Under the pieces are notes generated by a model. The model ran no database searches and was not told where the DNA came from. It saw only the letters and a list, made by a program, of their open reading frames with translations. Below are positions 28,187 through 42,400 of a DNA stretch of 64,000 nucleotides, piece after piece (positions within the stretch are counted from its first letter, which is position 1; each line of letters begins with the position of its first letter). Origin of the DNA: Octopus vulgaris (lineage: Eukaryota); assembly GCA_951406725.2 (NCBI GenBank), contig OX597825.1, positions 33,418,001 to 33,482,000 on the forward strand, in the 5' to 3' direction. The position numbers and the translations under genes were made by a program.

Positions 28187-28361
28187 GGGAGTGGCTGTGT
28201 GGTAAGAAGCTGGCTTCCCAACCACATGGTTTCAGGTTCAGTCCCACAGCATGGCACTTTGGGCAAGTCTTTTCTCCTATAGCCTCAGGCCAACCAAAGC
28301 TTTGTGAGTGGATTTGGTAGATGGAAACTGAAAGCTTGTCACACATACATACATACATACA

Positions 28362-28397
<36 letters not shown>

Positions 28398-28597
28398 TGT
28401 GTGTGTGTGTCTTGACAACTGGTGTTGGTGTGTTTACATTCTCATAACTTAGCAGTTTGGCAAAAGCAACCAATAGAATAACTACTAAGCTTAGAAAAGT
28501 AAGTTCTGGGGTCGACTTGCTTGGCTAAAACCCTTCAAGGTGGTGTTTCAGGATGACCGCAGTCAAATGACTGAAACAAGTAAAAGAATAAAAGAAT
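28187..28597 (+). mobile_element. SINE family A
   Basis: Same head, core and tail as 19776-20272. Confidence 0.85.
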
Positions 28598-28867
28598 AAA
28601 CACACACACACATGTATACATGTGTATGTGTGTGTAAGCAACAAGCTTCCATACAGTTTCCAGACAGCAAATTTCCTTCATAAGGCATTGGTCAGGCAGA
28701 GGCTTTAGTAAGAGGCATAGCATGTTCCCAAGGAATCATGTAATAGGATACAACTTGAAATTGTAGTTGAAAAACAAATCATTTTGACCACACAGTCATG
28801 ATTTTGCCTCATATTATATACAAAAATGTAACAGGTTATCTCTCCCAGAAACCGAGCCTTTAACATA

Positions 28868-29252
28868 CTCTTACTCTTTACCCTTTTACTTGTTTCAGTC
28901 ATTTGACTGTGGCCATGCTGGAGCAGCACCTTTAGTCGAGCAAATCAACCCCAGGACTTATTCTTTGTAAGCCTAGTACTTATTCTATTGGTCTCTTTTG
29001 CCGAACTGCTAAGTTACGGGGACATAAACACACCAGCATTGGTTGTCAAGCAATGTTGGGGAGACAAACACAGACACACAAACACACACATGCATATATA
29101 TATATATATATATATACATATATACGACAGGCTTCTTTCAGTTTCCGTCTACCAAATCCACTCACAAGGCTTTGGTCGGCCCAAGGCTATAGTAGAAGAC
29201 ACTTGCCCAAGGTGCCACGCAGTGGGATTGAACCCGGAACAATGTGGTTGGT
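28868..29252 (-). mobile_element. SINE family A (inverted relative to the 28187 copy)
   Basis: Reverse complement of the family A consensus. Confidence 0.85.
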
Positions 29253-29334
29253 AAACACTCCTAAGCCTATGTTATATACAAAACTATAGCAGGTCATCTC
29301 TCCTAGAAACTGAACCTTTAACATCCTTGTATAT

Positions 29335-29715
29335 ATCTTCTTCTTTATGCCTTTAACCCTCCAACGCGGAGTATAGGCCACTTATAGTTGAATTCCATGT
29401 CGCATAATTTTTGGCTTCTGTACTTATACTCTAGTTACTTTTGTGTTGATTTCCGCCACGAGTTCTTAAGCCTACCTCTCCTTCTATATCCATCCGGTTT
29501 CCACTGTAAAGCACTTTTCGCTACATTTGGTGTGTCTTTTCTAATTGTGCTACCAATCCACTTCCACTTTTCCTTAAATATTTGCTCCCTAATCAAAACT
29601 TGATTTGTTCTTTGCCATAGCTCCATATTGCTTATGTGTTCAGGCCATCTAATATTAAGTATACTATGCAAGCATCTGTTGATGAATGATTGTATTTGCT
29701 TATTTGAACATTCTT
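29335..29715 (-). mobile_element. RTE LINE 3' end, second family, (GAA)n tail
   Basis: ILNIRWPEHISNMELWQRTNQ...WKWIGSTIRK...ALQWKPDGYRRRGRLKNSWRK; ends aaagaagaag. Confidence 0.85.
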
Positions 29716-30599
29716 GTATAAATAGAAAAATGTCTATTCAGCAATTCCGTATTTTGTAATAAAATAACTGCAAATGCTAAATACCAATATTAACAGATAG
29801 ACCCACCTTTTTACAGTTATGTTAGGGAATATCATGTGGCAGTTGTGAGAAGTTGTTGGCAAACATCAGAGATGTACTGCCGCTCTTAGTATTTTAGATA
29901 GGCAGATGTACTAAAATGCAGAAAGAATAGTCAAGAACATTGGTTTTAAACTCTTTTGAGAGACTCTTTTAATATGGCCAGACACTTTGCCTCTCGGCAA
30001 GGTTGTTGAAAGACAGCTCTCTCACCTTTCTCTCACATCTTCTCTTTCTGTCTGTCCCCACCCCTCTCTCTCTATCTCATTATATCTCGTATGTGCTCTC
30101 TTGGAGGTAACAACAACTGTTTAGCAGACATTACAATTCTTATGTCTTTTTCTCTGTCTTTCACACAAAAATTACACACAAAAATAAAATGTGTGTGCGT
30201 GTATGTATATTCTATATATATATGTGTGTGTATGTGCGCATGTGTGTGTGTGTGTACATACATGCACCCATAAATACACACATGTAAGCATACATGTATT
30301 TATACACATACATTCATACATATGTTCATACATACATACATACATGCATATACATACACACACATACACATGTACATATGTGTATGTATGAGTGCGTGCA
30401 TACATGCATGAATGCATACATGAATGCATGCATTCATGTGCACACACACACATACATACATAGAGGTCAGCTGCCCTGCTGATATGAACATCTCTTTGAA
30501 AATAAAAGAGAAAGAGGATAACTATGGATAACTGCTTTGAAACCTCCAGTTTCTATATCCAAATTACAAATTTACATTTATACCAATAAAAAAAATCGA

Positions 30600-31070
30600 A
30601 ATCAAATTCGATGAGTGGCATCTGTGCTAGTGGAGTGCTAAGAGTACCATACGAGCGTGATCATTGCCAGAGCAACAAGCTGGCCTCCATGCCGATGGCA
30701 CGTAAAAACACTATTCAAGTGTGATTGTTACCTGCATCGCCTTACTGGCGCTTGTGCTGGTGGCACGTGAAAAAAACATTCGAGAAAGGTCGTTGCCAGA
30801 GCCACTGGACTGGCTCCTGTGCAGGTGGCATATAAAAAGCTCCATTTGAGTGTGGCGGCTGACAGTACCGCTTGACTGGCCCTCGGGCCGGTGACACGTA
30901 AAAGCACCCACTACACTCTCGGAGTGGTTGACGTTAGGAAGGGCATCCAGCTGTAGAAACTCTGCCAGATCAGACTGGAGTCTGGTGCAGCCATGTGGTT
31001 CGCCAGACCTCAGTCAAATCGTCCAACCATGCTAGCATGGAAAGTGGACGTTAAACGATGATGATGATGA
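30600..31070 (+). mobile_element. RTE 3'UTR and (GAT)n tail
   Basis: Repeated ggcacgtaaaa units, then ggacgttaaacgatgatgatg. Confidence 0.8.
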
Positions 31071-31769
31071 ATAAATGGTGCACTTGGTTTTGCGAGTAAA
31101 TGCTTAACTGAGTCTGAATAAGCTGTATAGAAAGAAGTTGTTCTTTCTTATGGATATATTATCCAAGCATACACCAGTTTTACACTAATATCAGTTAACA
31201 ATACTTGAAATTTTTCATGTGTATATTTACTAATGTTTGTTGTTAGATCTTCTTCAATATCAGTACTTTACACCTCTGAAATTCCAGTTGTCGCTATGGA
31301 GATTTCCATCATTTTTCGATATAGGAGAAAAAAGTTTACAAATTAAAAGAAAATGGAGAACCCATACATGGAATAATCAATTTATTATCATAGCCCCATC
31401 AAATTGATAAATTCATTCATATTGCCTATGCTGCATTTTGGCTGATTGCTGTCATTCATATTTAAACTTTTAAAGTGCATTATGAAATTGAAAAAAAGCA
31501 CAATGCCTCCTCAGGGCATGATTGACTAATATTTTTTACATCCTAATGGATGGAAAGTTTATTCCAATTGAATTGTAGCATGTTTGTCTTGGATTCTGCT
31601 CTAAAAATAGCTAAAAGTTGATTTTTTCTTATCTTACTGGACAAGGGATAGGCATAGTTCAGAAGAGCTTGGTCATGTTACTATTCCATTCCTTTGGTAG
31701 TGCTGATTAACTGTTTACAAGCCTGCCACTACTTTTCATTCAATTCAGTATTTATTAATTTTTTTTATT

Positions 31770-32152
31770 CATTTACTTGTTTCAGTCATTTGACTGCGGC
31801 CATGCTGGAGCACTGCCTTTAGTCGAGGAAATTGACCCCGGGACTTATTCTTTGTAAGCCAAGTACTTATTCTATCAGTCTCTTTTGCCGAACCACTAAG
31901 TTACGGGGACGTAAACACACCAGCATCGGTTGTCAAGCGATGATGGGGGAGGGGGGCAAACACAACACACAAACATACACATATATATATACATATATAC
32001 GATGGGCTTCTTTCAGTTTCCGTCTACCAAATCCACTCACAAGGCTTTGGTCGGCCCGAGGCTATAGCAGAAGACACTTGCCCAAGGTGCCACGCAGTGG
32101 GACTGAACCTGGAACCATGTGGTTTGTAAGCAAGCTACTTACCACACAGCCA
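31770..32152 (-). mobile_element. SINE family A
   Basis: Near-consensus reverse-complement copy retaining CpGs. Confidence 0.88.
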
Positions 32153-32466
32153 CACAGCTACTTACCACACAGTATGTCCATCATACATTCCTCTATGTCG
32201 TTATTCCTCCCATTTGGCCAAGGTGATTAACTATTTAGGCTTACAAGCCTGCCCCAACTTTTCATACTATTTAGCTTGTCCATAACATATTCCTCTATTC
32301 CCTTATTATTGATAAAATAAATCTAGGTATGTACTTGATTGTTACTTTTATTTATTGCATATCAACTCTCTTATTTACTTATTTTTTTGTAAAATTTATA
32401 TTAGTTGCTAGTAAATATAATTATTTATTCAAATATATTAGTTATATATATAAATATATATAGGCA

Positions 32467-33088
32467 TAGGAGTGGCTGTGTGGAAAGTAGCTTGCTTACC
32501 AACCACATGGGTCCATGTTCAGTCCCACTGCATGGCATCTTGGACAAGTGTCTTCTACTATAACCTCGGGATGACCAAAGCTTAGTGTGTAGATTTGGTG
32601 GACGGAAATTGAAAGAAGCCCATCGTGTGACGGCGTGTGTATCGTTGGCGATTTTCTTTCTCCGTCTTCTCTTCCTTGGACCTTTCCTTTTACTATGTTT
32701 CTGACGAAGAGCTCCGCTTGAAATGTTAAATCCTCCTCCTATCTTTCCTTTCCAGAGCGTCCAGTAACACTATACTTGTTCCACATCCTCACGTTGTTGT
32801 GTTTTCTCTTTGTTCATGTTTGGATTAACTATATGTGTGCGTGTGTGTGTGTGTGTGTGTGTATGTGTGTGCATAAGTTTTGTGTGTTTGCGTTTGTCCC
32901 CACCAGCATCACTTGACAAGTGATGCTGGTGTGTTTATGTCCCCATAACTTAGTGGTGCAGCAAAGAGACCAATAGAATAAGTACTAGGCTTACAAAGAA
33001 TAAGTTCTGGGGTTGATTTGCTTGACTAAAGGTGGTACTCCAGCATGACCGCAGTCAAATGACTGAAGTAAATAAAAGAATAAAAGAA
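32467..33088 (+). mobile_element. SINE family A with a nested hammerhead element (~32627-32832)
   Basis: SINE halves flank an insert ending tttggattaactat. Confidence 0.8.
32697..32731 (+). ncRNA. Minimal type I hammerhead motif
   Basis: gttt-CTGACGA-a-gagc tcc gctt-GAAA-tgtt-aaat; near-identical to 50158-50192. Confidence 0.6.
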
Positions 33089-33113
33089 TACACACACACA
33101 CATACACACACAG

Positions 33114-33173
<60 letters not shown>

Positions 33174-33424
33174 GGAGAGATAGATAGATAGATAAAAAGA
33201 TATCTTCTTGAGTTATGCCGACTCATAAGGGCTGGTTTCTCAGTGACCATGGTATATAGATTCCCCACCCAGGTATGATGCCGGTCCATCACCGGATTAC
33301 TCCTTTTTTGCCAGCTGAGTGGACTGGAGCAACGTGAAATGAAGTGTTTTGCTCAACACAACATGTTACCTGGTCCAGGAATTGAAACCACAATCTTATA
33401 ATCATGAATTCAATATCCCAACCG

Positions 33425-33820
<396 letters not shown>

Positions 33821-34544
33821 TCAAATACGTGACTAGACTTTCCTCCATCTGAATTTAACAGCTTCTATCAACTGAAGTAAAGCATATCTATATTATAATT
33901 CTGCTTGTTCATTCATTTTACTTTGTTTAGTGAGAGGGGGAGGGGAGAGAGTGAGAGGTGGAATGAGAGTAAGAGAGAGAAAAGGAGAGCAGGAGGGAAA
34001 GTGGGAGTGTAAAAGTGAGAGAGAAGGAGAGGTGTGAGTGAGAAAGCAGATAGCCACTTCTACTAAACCACACTATCATGTAGTTAGTGGAAATGAGAGG
34101 TGAAGAGAGAGAGAGAGAACTGTTAATGACGTGAAGTGGGGAATTACATTTTTAAAATGTTTGTTGAAGTAAAAGGTAGATATAGAGAGAAAGAGAGACT
34201 GAGAGAGAAGAGAGAGAGAGAGAGGGAGAGAGGGAGAGAGAGGGAGTGGTAGAGAGAGAAAGAATTTTAAAATCATATAATATATATTGTGACTAAACGT
34301 GAAATCATCATCGTCATCATTCGACATCTGTTCTCCATGCTGACATGGGTTGTATGGTTTAACAAGAGATGGTCAGCTGGGGAGCTGCCTGGGCTCCTTT
34401 TATCTGTTTTGGCATGATTTCTATGGTTGGATGCCCTTCATAATGCCATTTAACTAATGAAGATAGCTCTAGATGTCATTTTTAAAAAATTTGCAATGAA
34501 GTTGAAAGTAATCATGTAAATAAAAACATTGTGTATATTCTCTA

Positions 34545-34857
34545 TGTGGAGGTGCAATGGCCCAGTGGTTAGGGCAGCGGACTCACAGCCAGAGGATCGT
34601 GGTTTCAATTCCCAGACTGGATGTTGTGTGTGGTTATTGAGCAAAAACACCTAAAGCGCCACGAGGCTCTGGCAGCGGGTGGTGGCGACCCCTGTTGTAC
34701 TCTTTCACCACAACTTTCTCTCACTCTCTCTTCCTGTTTCTTGAGTAACGTTGCGATGGACTGGTGCCCCGTCCAGCTGGGAGGAACACATACGCCACAG
34801 AAACCAGGAAACCGGGCCCATAGGCCTGGCTAGGCTTGAAAAGGGCGACGTTTACAT
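34545..34857 (+). mobile_element. SINE family C with 11-bp TSD
   Basis: TSD TATATTCTCTA (34534-34544, 34858-34868); tRNA-like head; gcgatggactggtgccccgtccag core. Confidence 0.88.
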
Positions 34858-35263
34858 TATATTCTCTAAATCATTTTGTGTAAATTAATTGTATCTAATG
34901 AAAAGTGATTATGATGAAATATTGCATAATAGGAAATGTTACAATTATATATTGATTCTGCATTTTCAATAGAATTAAATACTAATGAACAATATATATA
35001 TTAAGTATTGTATAGATTATTATTGTATATTTTTCTCTCATATATTGCATAGGCAACAATAAGATTTATATGCAATAAAAATGCAAATCATTCTTTCATT
35101 CTAAAATAGCTCCTCTTAATTATTTTCATTCCATGGAAATTCCATAGGTCTCATAAGTAAATATTAAGTTGATTTGATTAAAAAACAACCTTCAGAACAT
35201 TTCACTCTTTCCTTGGTATATTTGGTGAGTCAACATTCTTAACTTGTAATGATACATAATATA

Positions 35264-35776
35264 CAGGGTGTCCCAGAATGAAATTAGGCAAATTAAAAAA
35301 AAAAAACTGATAGAATTTTGTTTATTACTTAATTATGATACCAAAAACAAATAGATTTATAAATCTTATGTCAAAATTATATTGAAAATATCCAACATAT
35401 GCTCTGTCTATATCCCACCAGATTTCAAATCTATCCTTTGCACTGTGAAACACATTTTGAAACATTTCAGAAGTTATCTACTGCACTGCTAACTGAATGC
35501 TTTAAGTTCAGCTAAACTAGTGCTCCATCCTGGGGAAGGAGGTAGAAAAAATGTTTGCAGCCAAATTGCAAAAAAAGCTGTTGTGAATAGATAAGCGGGA
35601 TTCAACAGGAATGAAAATAAAATTATAAAAAATATTATAAAAATGATAAAATTATAAGCAAAATTTAAAATTTATACACTTTTAACACATTAAACATGAT
35701 AAACATAAATGAAAGTGAGTTTTAAAAAAAATTGTCTGATTTTACTGAAATAGGTAGTTAATTCTGGGACATTCTG
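35264..35776. mobile_element. Non-autonomous Tc1/mariner element
   Basis: TIR CAGGGTGTCCCAGAAT / ATTCTGGGACATTCTG with TA on both sides. Confidence 0.8.
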
Positions 35777-35781
35777 TATAT

Positions 35782-35979
35782 CAGTGGTTCCCAAACTATG
35801 AGTCGTGACCCACAGATGGGTTGCGAATGGAATCTTAGTGGGTCGCAAAAAGTTATAAAATTACGCATTAGCTTTGATTAACTGCTGTCTATCGAGATGG
35901 TTCAAGACTTATAAGTGGGTCGTCATAAACTGGTGTGATAAATAGTAGGTCGCGACTCAAAAAAGTTTGGGAACCACTG
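35782..35979. mobile_element. hAT (Charlie-like) MITE
   Basis: TIR CAGTGGTTCCCAAACT / AGTTTGGGAACCACTG; perfect TSD CTGTATAT. Confidence 0.93.
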
Positions 35980-36809
35980 CTGTATATTATATAATATATA
36001 CATTGAGACTCAATTATGGCTGTGGAGTTTAGAAGTTCACTTTGCAACTATGTGGTTTTGAAGTCTGACCAAGAGATGAATTTGATACAAAACAAATTCA
36101 CAAAGTGTTCCATATTTTTCTAGGTGCAGGTGTGGCAGTGTGGTGAGATGCTTTCAGGTGCAGGAATGGCTGTGTGAAGAAGTTTGCTTCCCAGCCATAT
36201 GGTTCTGGGCTCAGTCATGCTGTGTGGCATCTTGGGCATGCGTCTTCTATTATAGCTCCAGGCTGACCAAAACCTTGTGAGTAGATTTGGTAGGTGGAAA
36301 CTGAAAGAAGCCTGTTTTGTGTGTTTGTGTTTGTCCCTCACCATTGCTTGACAACAGTTGGTTTGTTTACATCCCCATAACTTAGTAGTTTGGTGAAAAA
36401 GATTGACAGGATAAGTACCTTCTCCAATGAATATCTTCGATACAGCCTTGACCGATAGTACCCCTAGGAGGGGTTAGGACTAGATTGGGATTAGTCACTG
36501 CCTTTTAGAGGCTCCCAAGCCCCCTTTCACTAGATTAGCTTAGACTTAGGTTAAGGCTTAGTTGTGATCCGAACATAACCTCTTCTGACACAGAGGATTA
36601 CACGCCATTTTGGGTATTCTATTTTCCTTGCCGGAAGGGCTCGCAACCTATGGGAAAAGAAGGGTTAGATGATGGGGTGGTGGTTTTCAAAGGGCCAGCA
36701 TGTGCAACCTGATCACCTCTGCTGGTCAAACTCCCAACCCATGCGTTCCTATTGTGAAACTGATTCTGCAGAACTGGGTTGAGTGTTAAAACCAACTTTA
36801 TAGTATAAA

Positions 36810-37279
36810 TATAGATTTTTTGAATCAGCAATGTTATGTTCGGTCAAGTCCTATTTGGGTGAAAAATCAATGAACTGATTCCTTATGGGGATTTTCTATT
36901 CAATCAGGATGAAAAATCAATAAACCAATTCCTTGTAGGATATCCCACTAAAATTAACTACACCCCATTTTCAGCCAAAACTTTTACCAATTTTGACGTA
37001 TTTTGTTCAAACTTGATGCTGGCGTTACTTAGGATTCATGGGATCTTTGAATGCATTAAGTTCTCCCTCAAAAAGACAATCGATGAGTAGAAAAACCCAG
37101 TTCCTTATGGGGTTTCCCAATCAAATTGTCTGCAACTCATTTTCAGCCAAACGTTTACCAAATTCAACGGATTTGGCTCAAATTTTATGTTGGTGTTACT
37201 TAGTTTTGTTTGAAACAAAGTGCTTGATTAGCTTAATAATCTTAACTTAATCCCAGGCAACACTGGGCTATACTGCTAG
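36810..37279 (+). mobile_element. Non-autonomous Helitron, 3' part
   Basis: Subterminal hairpin CCCAG-gcaaca-CTGGG then CTAG|T at 37276-37280; internal repeats ttccttatgggg; 5' end uncertain. Confidence 0.65.
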
Positions 37280-37289
37280 TATATATAAA

Positions 37290-37540
37290 TACATAAAATA
37301 CACCAATCCGACCGTGGCCATTGCCAGCCTCGCCTGGCACCTGTGCAGGTGGCACGTAAAAAGCACCCACTACACTCACGGAGTGGTTGGCGTTAGGAAG
37401 GGCATCCAGCTGTAGAAACACTGCCAGATAAGACTGGAGCCTGGTGCAGCCTTCTGGCTTCCCAGATCCCCGGTCGAACCGTCCAACCCATGCTAGCATG
37501 GAGAATGGATGTTAAACGACGATGATGATGATGATGATGA
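37290..37540 (+). mobile_element. RTE 3' tail
   Basis: Matches the tail family, ends in (GAT)n. Confidence 0.8.
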
Positions 37541-37915
37541 TATATATATATATCAATAATGAAATAATGATAAGGAGAATGGAGATTTTTCACATCTATA
37601 ATTTTATTAGACAGTTATATACGGCATTCTTTTCTGGACCTATGTGCATTTCAATTGCATCAACTGCTCACTGTTAGAAATGCATCCTAGTGTCACTGTA
37701 AGTACAGTTTCATCTGCATAAAACTGTATAACATATGTATAAAAGCTTTATTGATATCTGCCTGGACTTTTTAATCCTACCTACCTACCTGCCTATGTAT
37801 CTATCTATGTATCAATCTGTGTGTGAGTGTGTGTGTGCGTGTGTGTGGGTATATATATTGTGTATATACATATATATATATACATACACATATATATATA
37901 TATATAAATATATAA

Positions 37916-38003
<88 letters not shown>

Positions 38004-38034
38004 GTATATATATATATATATAAATATATAAATG

Positions 38035-38066
<32 letters not shown>

Positions 38067-38709
38067 TATAAATGTGTGTGTATATATATATATATATATA
38101 TAAGACTTTGGATTATGGTTTGGTGATGATTTCGCTACTGTTTTCAGTAGATAGAGGTTTTTATAGATATATAAAACATTTGGGATTGTTTTAGGGAGAT
38201 TAGGCTGCAGTTTTTAGCCTACCTCATACCTTTGCACATCCATAAATAAATAAATACATTAATGTGTCTGTATAAGTGTATGTACATGCACATTGTGTGT
38301 GTGTGTGTGTATATGTATATATACACACACAAATATATATATATACACACACACATACATATGCACACAACCATATATGTTTTTTGTGCTTATGTGTGTG
38401 TGTGTATTTCATTCTTATCTAAATCTGAAGATTAAGCAGATCAGTCAGTTATTAAAGGTCTCAAGTTTGATGGAATATAGACTGCGTATATTTTCATTTC
38501 TGTTATGATTGTTTCAATTCAAATATTTTCTTCAATATGCATGTCTGTACATGCATATATACATACACACACTCACACACATACATAAATACATACATGT
38601 GTGTGTATCACAACTGTCTGATGAATGTTTATGTAAACAGTTTGTGAAGTTTTTTCAGCTTCACCAAGAAATAGTAGATACATGTGTGTGTATATATATA
38701 CACATATAT

Positions 38710-39078
38710 ATCATCACCATCATCGTTTAACGTCTGCTTTCGATGCTAGCATGGGTTGGATGATTTGGCTGAGGTATGGCGAACCAGATGGCTGCACCAG
38801 ACTCCAATCTGATCTGGCAGAGTTTCTACAGCTGGATGCCCTGCCTAATGCCAACCACTCCGAGAGTGTAGTGGGTGCTTTTACGTGCCACTGGCATGAG
38901 AGCAAGTCAGACCATACTGGCAACGGTCAATCTCAAATAGTGCTTTTTATGTGCCACCTGCACAGGAGCCAGTCCAGCAGCACTGGTAACAACCTCACTC
39001 GAATGTTTTTTCATGTGCCACCAGCACAAGTGCCAGTAAGGCGATGCAGGTAACAATCACAGTGCCAGCAAGGCGACA
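38710..39078 (-). mobile_element. RTE 3'UTR and tail
   Basis: Reverse complement of 30700-31070. Confidence 0.8.
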
Positions 39079-39145
39079 CAATATATATATACATACATAT
39101 ATATACATATATATATACATACATATATATATATATATATATGTA

Positions 39146-39185
<40 letters not shown>

Positions 39186-39901
39186 TATATACATAATTAT
39201 TTTATTTGTTTCAGTCAGTTGACTGTGACCATGCTGGAGCACTGCCTGTAGTCAAACAAATCGACCCCTGGACTTATTCTTTGTAAGCCTAGTACTTATT
39301 CTATCGGTCTCTTTTGCTGAACTGCTAGGTTACAGGTATGTACACACATCATCAGAGATGAGAAAGTGGATATCTGGAGCAGGTGTCTTCACTACAATCC
39401 AAATCCAGAGCAAGTGAAGACTCAAACTTTTTCAAACCATAGAACCTTTTGTTGCAAAAGCCAGAGTATTCCACATGCATCTGTAAAATGAAATTCTACC
39501 ACTGCTATAGTTTCCTTCCCTGTGAGGGCACACAGAAGGTGTAGTTTAGGTAGAAGTAGCTGCAACTCTATGACTACCAATGAAACTGTTTCCTCAATTG
39601 CTGATGCTATTTAAGAAGTACTGTCAGTGTGTGTGAGGTAGTGGATCCTCTTTGAACATGATTTATGTTCTTTTGAATTTTTAAGCATTTGAAATCTTCT
39701 TGTAAGGAAGGAGCTGGTTTTTAACAACAGTACAAAGCTCCTTCATTGGAATGTAGATAACAAAAACAATGTCACATTTTGAACTTGAGAAAAGTTTTGC
39801 ATATTTTTACAGTTCTGCTTCAAGAGCGTTTTTGTAATGTGGTTGTTAGATGGTTGATTTCTTTCTTTTTAAAACTATGGCATTTTCAGATTGACACTTA
39901 A

Positions 39902-40121
39902 CCCTTTTGTTACCAACCCGGCTGAAACCGGCTCTGGCTCTGAGTATAAATGTCCTGTTTTCAAAAGTTTTGTATTGAAATTTTCTACCAAACCTTAGTC
40001 ACAATTTATGTTCTTAACACTAGCTGAATGATGACTAAGTTATTTTACTAAATTCTTTGTTATATTTAAAGTAACTGAAAGAAATACAGAGCATCTCAAA
40101 ATAAATACAGTAACGAATGGG
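39902..40121. mobile_element. piggyBac-like MITE
   Basis: TTAA TSD (39898-39901, 40122-40125); TIR CCCTTTTGTTAC / GTAACGAATGGG. Confidence 0.82.
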
Positions 40122-41569
40122 TTAAGCACTTACTGGCATAACCAAGTGCACCAATTATTATTGGGAAAATGTGAATTTATAATCTGGATTTTGAAGCTGA
40201 AGATTTAGAAGCTCTTTCTCTCTGTCTATGTTTGTTATCTTCTTTTTAATTTAGAGTAAATTTTGAGTGGCCACCTACTTTGTAGCAAGCTTGTGAAGGA
40301 AAGCATCTTGTTTTGTTTTATCAACCTTTAAATCTTAAGGTCATACAAATTTTAATAGTCCCAGATACCATGATCACACATGTATGTACGTACTTACATA
40401 TGTATGTATGTATGTATGTATGTATGCATGTGTGTGTGCATATGTGTATGTATGTATGTATGTATGTATGTATGTATGTATGTATGTATGTATGTATACA
40501 TGTATGTATGTAATATTATTACTATATTTTCTTTTATTCTTTACTTTTTTTTAAACTTCTCTGGCTAAGTGTGAAAACTAACATGTTGACATTGGAAGCT
40601 ACTGTTCCAAATAGTTTTAAAAGTTTTGAATTCTTGTCCATATTCTGTTCTGTCAAACATCTATTAACACTGCATCTCATATCTGAATCTATGCACATAT
40701 TTACCCTTATCATTTATTTAGCTAATGAGGTTACACAATTAAGTGTTATCCTGAATGACTGGCATAGTGTCATAATTCTTACATTGTCACATGAGCTGAG
40801 TCAGTCAATGAGTGTCCCTCTACATAGTCATTGAACCTGTTAGAAATAGAGTTAAATTTTCCTCAAATCATAGCCTACTGCAGTGAAAAAGTTACAGATT
40901 CTATAAAGTAGATTCACTGTTTCAGTCTGCTCATTGAGAATTGACTTGTTGCTTAGTAATAACTGTTCCATGAGTAAAGGAGATGCACAAAAGGAGAATT
41001 ATAGTGGTCTCAAGAATGAATAAGTTTCAAATTTTGGCACAAGGCCAGTAGTTTTAGGAGTGGGATCAGTCACTTACATGACCCCAGTACCTGACTGGTA
41101 CTTTATTTTACTGACCCTGTGAGGACGAACGGCAAAGTTTACCTTGTTGGTATTTGAACTCAGAATGTAAAGATCTGGAAAATTGCTGCCAAGCATTTTG
41201 TCTGATATACTAATGATTTTGCCTTATTCAAGACTCCTTTCTTAGCCTTTTCAATGTAGCTGATTATGAGAAAAGGAGAGACAAAAAGAGAGGGAGAGGG
41301 GGTAGGAGTGAGATAGAGTGAAAAGAGAAGTGGAAGGGAGAGAACCTCAGTACTTTACAGACACTTTATTGATCTTGAATGGCAATGAATTGTTGGGATT
41401 TCACCTGATTTTAAAGTGTTTTATCAAGATACAATATAGCTTAGATTTGTATCAGAACAAAAAAAAAAAAGAATAAAATAAAATAAAAAATAAATAAATA
41501 GAAGTTGTTTGCATTAATGCATACTGAAACTGGTTGTTTTTGACTCAACTGACTGAAATCATTGAATCT

Positions 41570-42400
41570 TTCTATGATACGATATGAGCCACTCTCAGCT
41601 CGGAAAGTAAATTCTACTAAACCATTCGTCCCTCCTACAAAACAAAGCAGGGATGGCTTATAATCTTGCATCTGTGCAGCTGGGCATTACAAGATTTTTT
41701 CCAGCAGTCTTGGAGATTGCTTTGTGACCTAGATAGTGGCTGAACATCCATTCAACTTGCTGCATTAAATTCACAAAGTCTTAGGAACAAATCTATGAAT
41801 AGTCCTCACAAACTAACAATTATCAACTTTTCTTGTTATTGGCAAGTATAGTAAAAACAGAAATGGTACTCTTCCTGATGAGTTAACTCAGCATACATAG
41901 TTAAAGAGTGTTTGACACTCCCACCATCTGTGGTGCAGTCAAAACATGATTGTAAAGACTATATAGGTGTCAACACATCAAGCTTTGGTGTAAGGGACAG
42001 AAACTTGGACACTATATTGAAAGAAAAATAAGGGTCCTAGTCAGCTTCCAGATGTGAAGTTCACACAGGAATTATGGCAATATTAGAAACAACAGTAGAG
42101 CAGTGAGCTGGTGGAATCATTTCCATGCCGGGGAAAATGTTTATATTCTGAGTTCAAATGCCAGCAGGGTTGACTTTGCCTTTTGCCCTTTTGGGGTTGA
42201 TAAAATAAGTACCATTTGAGCACTGGGGTCAACATAATCGACTTACTACCACCCCTGAAATTGCAAGCCTTGAGCCAAAATATTAAATCACTATTAGAAA
42301 CAACAGCATCCTTGCTTGGTACAAACTAGCTGACACTGAAAGCCTCCCAATCCAAGCACTGTTCAAATGAGTTTGAAGTGTGACAACATTTTTTCTTTTT
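41570..42400 (+). mobile_element. Highly decayed RTE RT fragment with nested SINE B (42096-42291)
   Basis: KQG and GTETWTLY remnants; SINE TSD TATTAGAAACAACAG at 42081-42095 and 42292-42306. Confidence 0.55.

Noticed and set aside
31080-31600. Possible Tc1/Tc3 transposase remnant on the minus strand
   Set aside because: Only faint motif resemblance (QFDGA, LVYAWI) and no TIRs found.
41441-41671. Protein-like minus-strand ORF
   Set aside because: Antisense to decayed RTE RT remnants on the plus strand; no recognisable domain.
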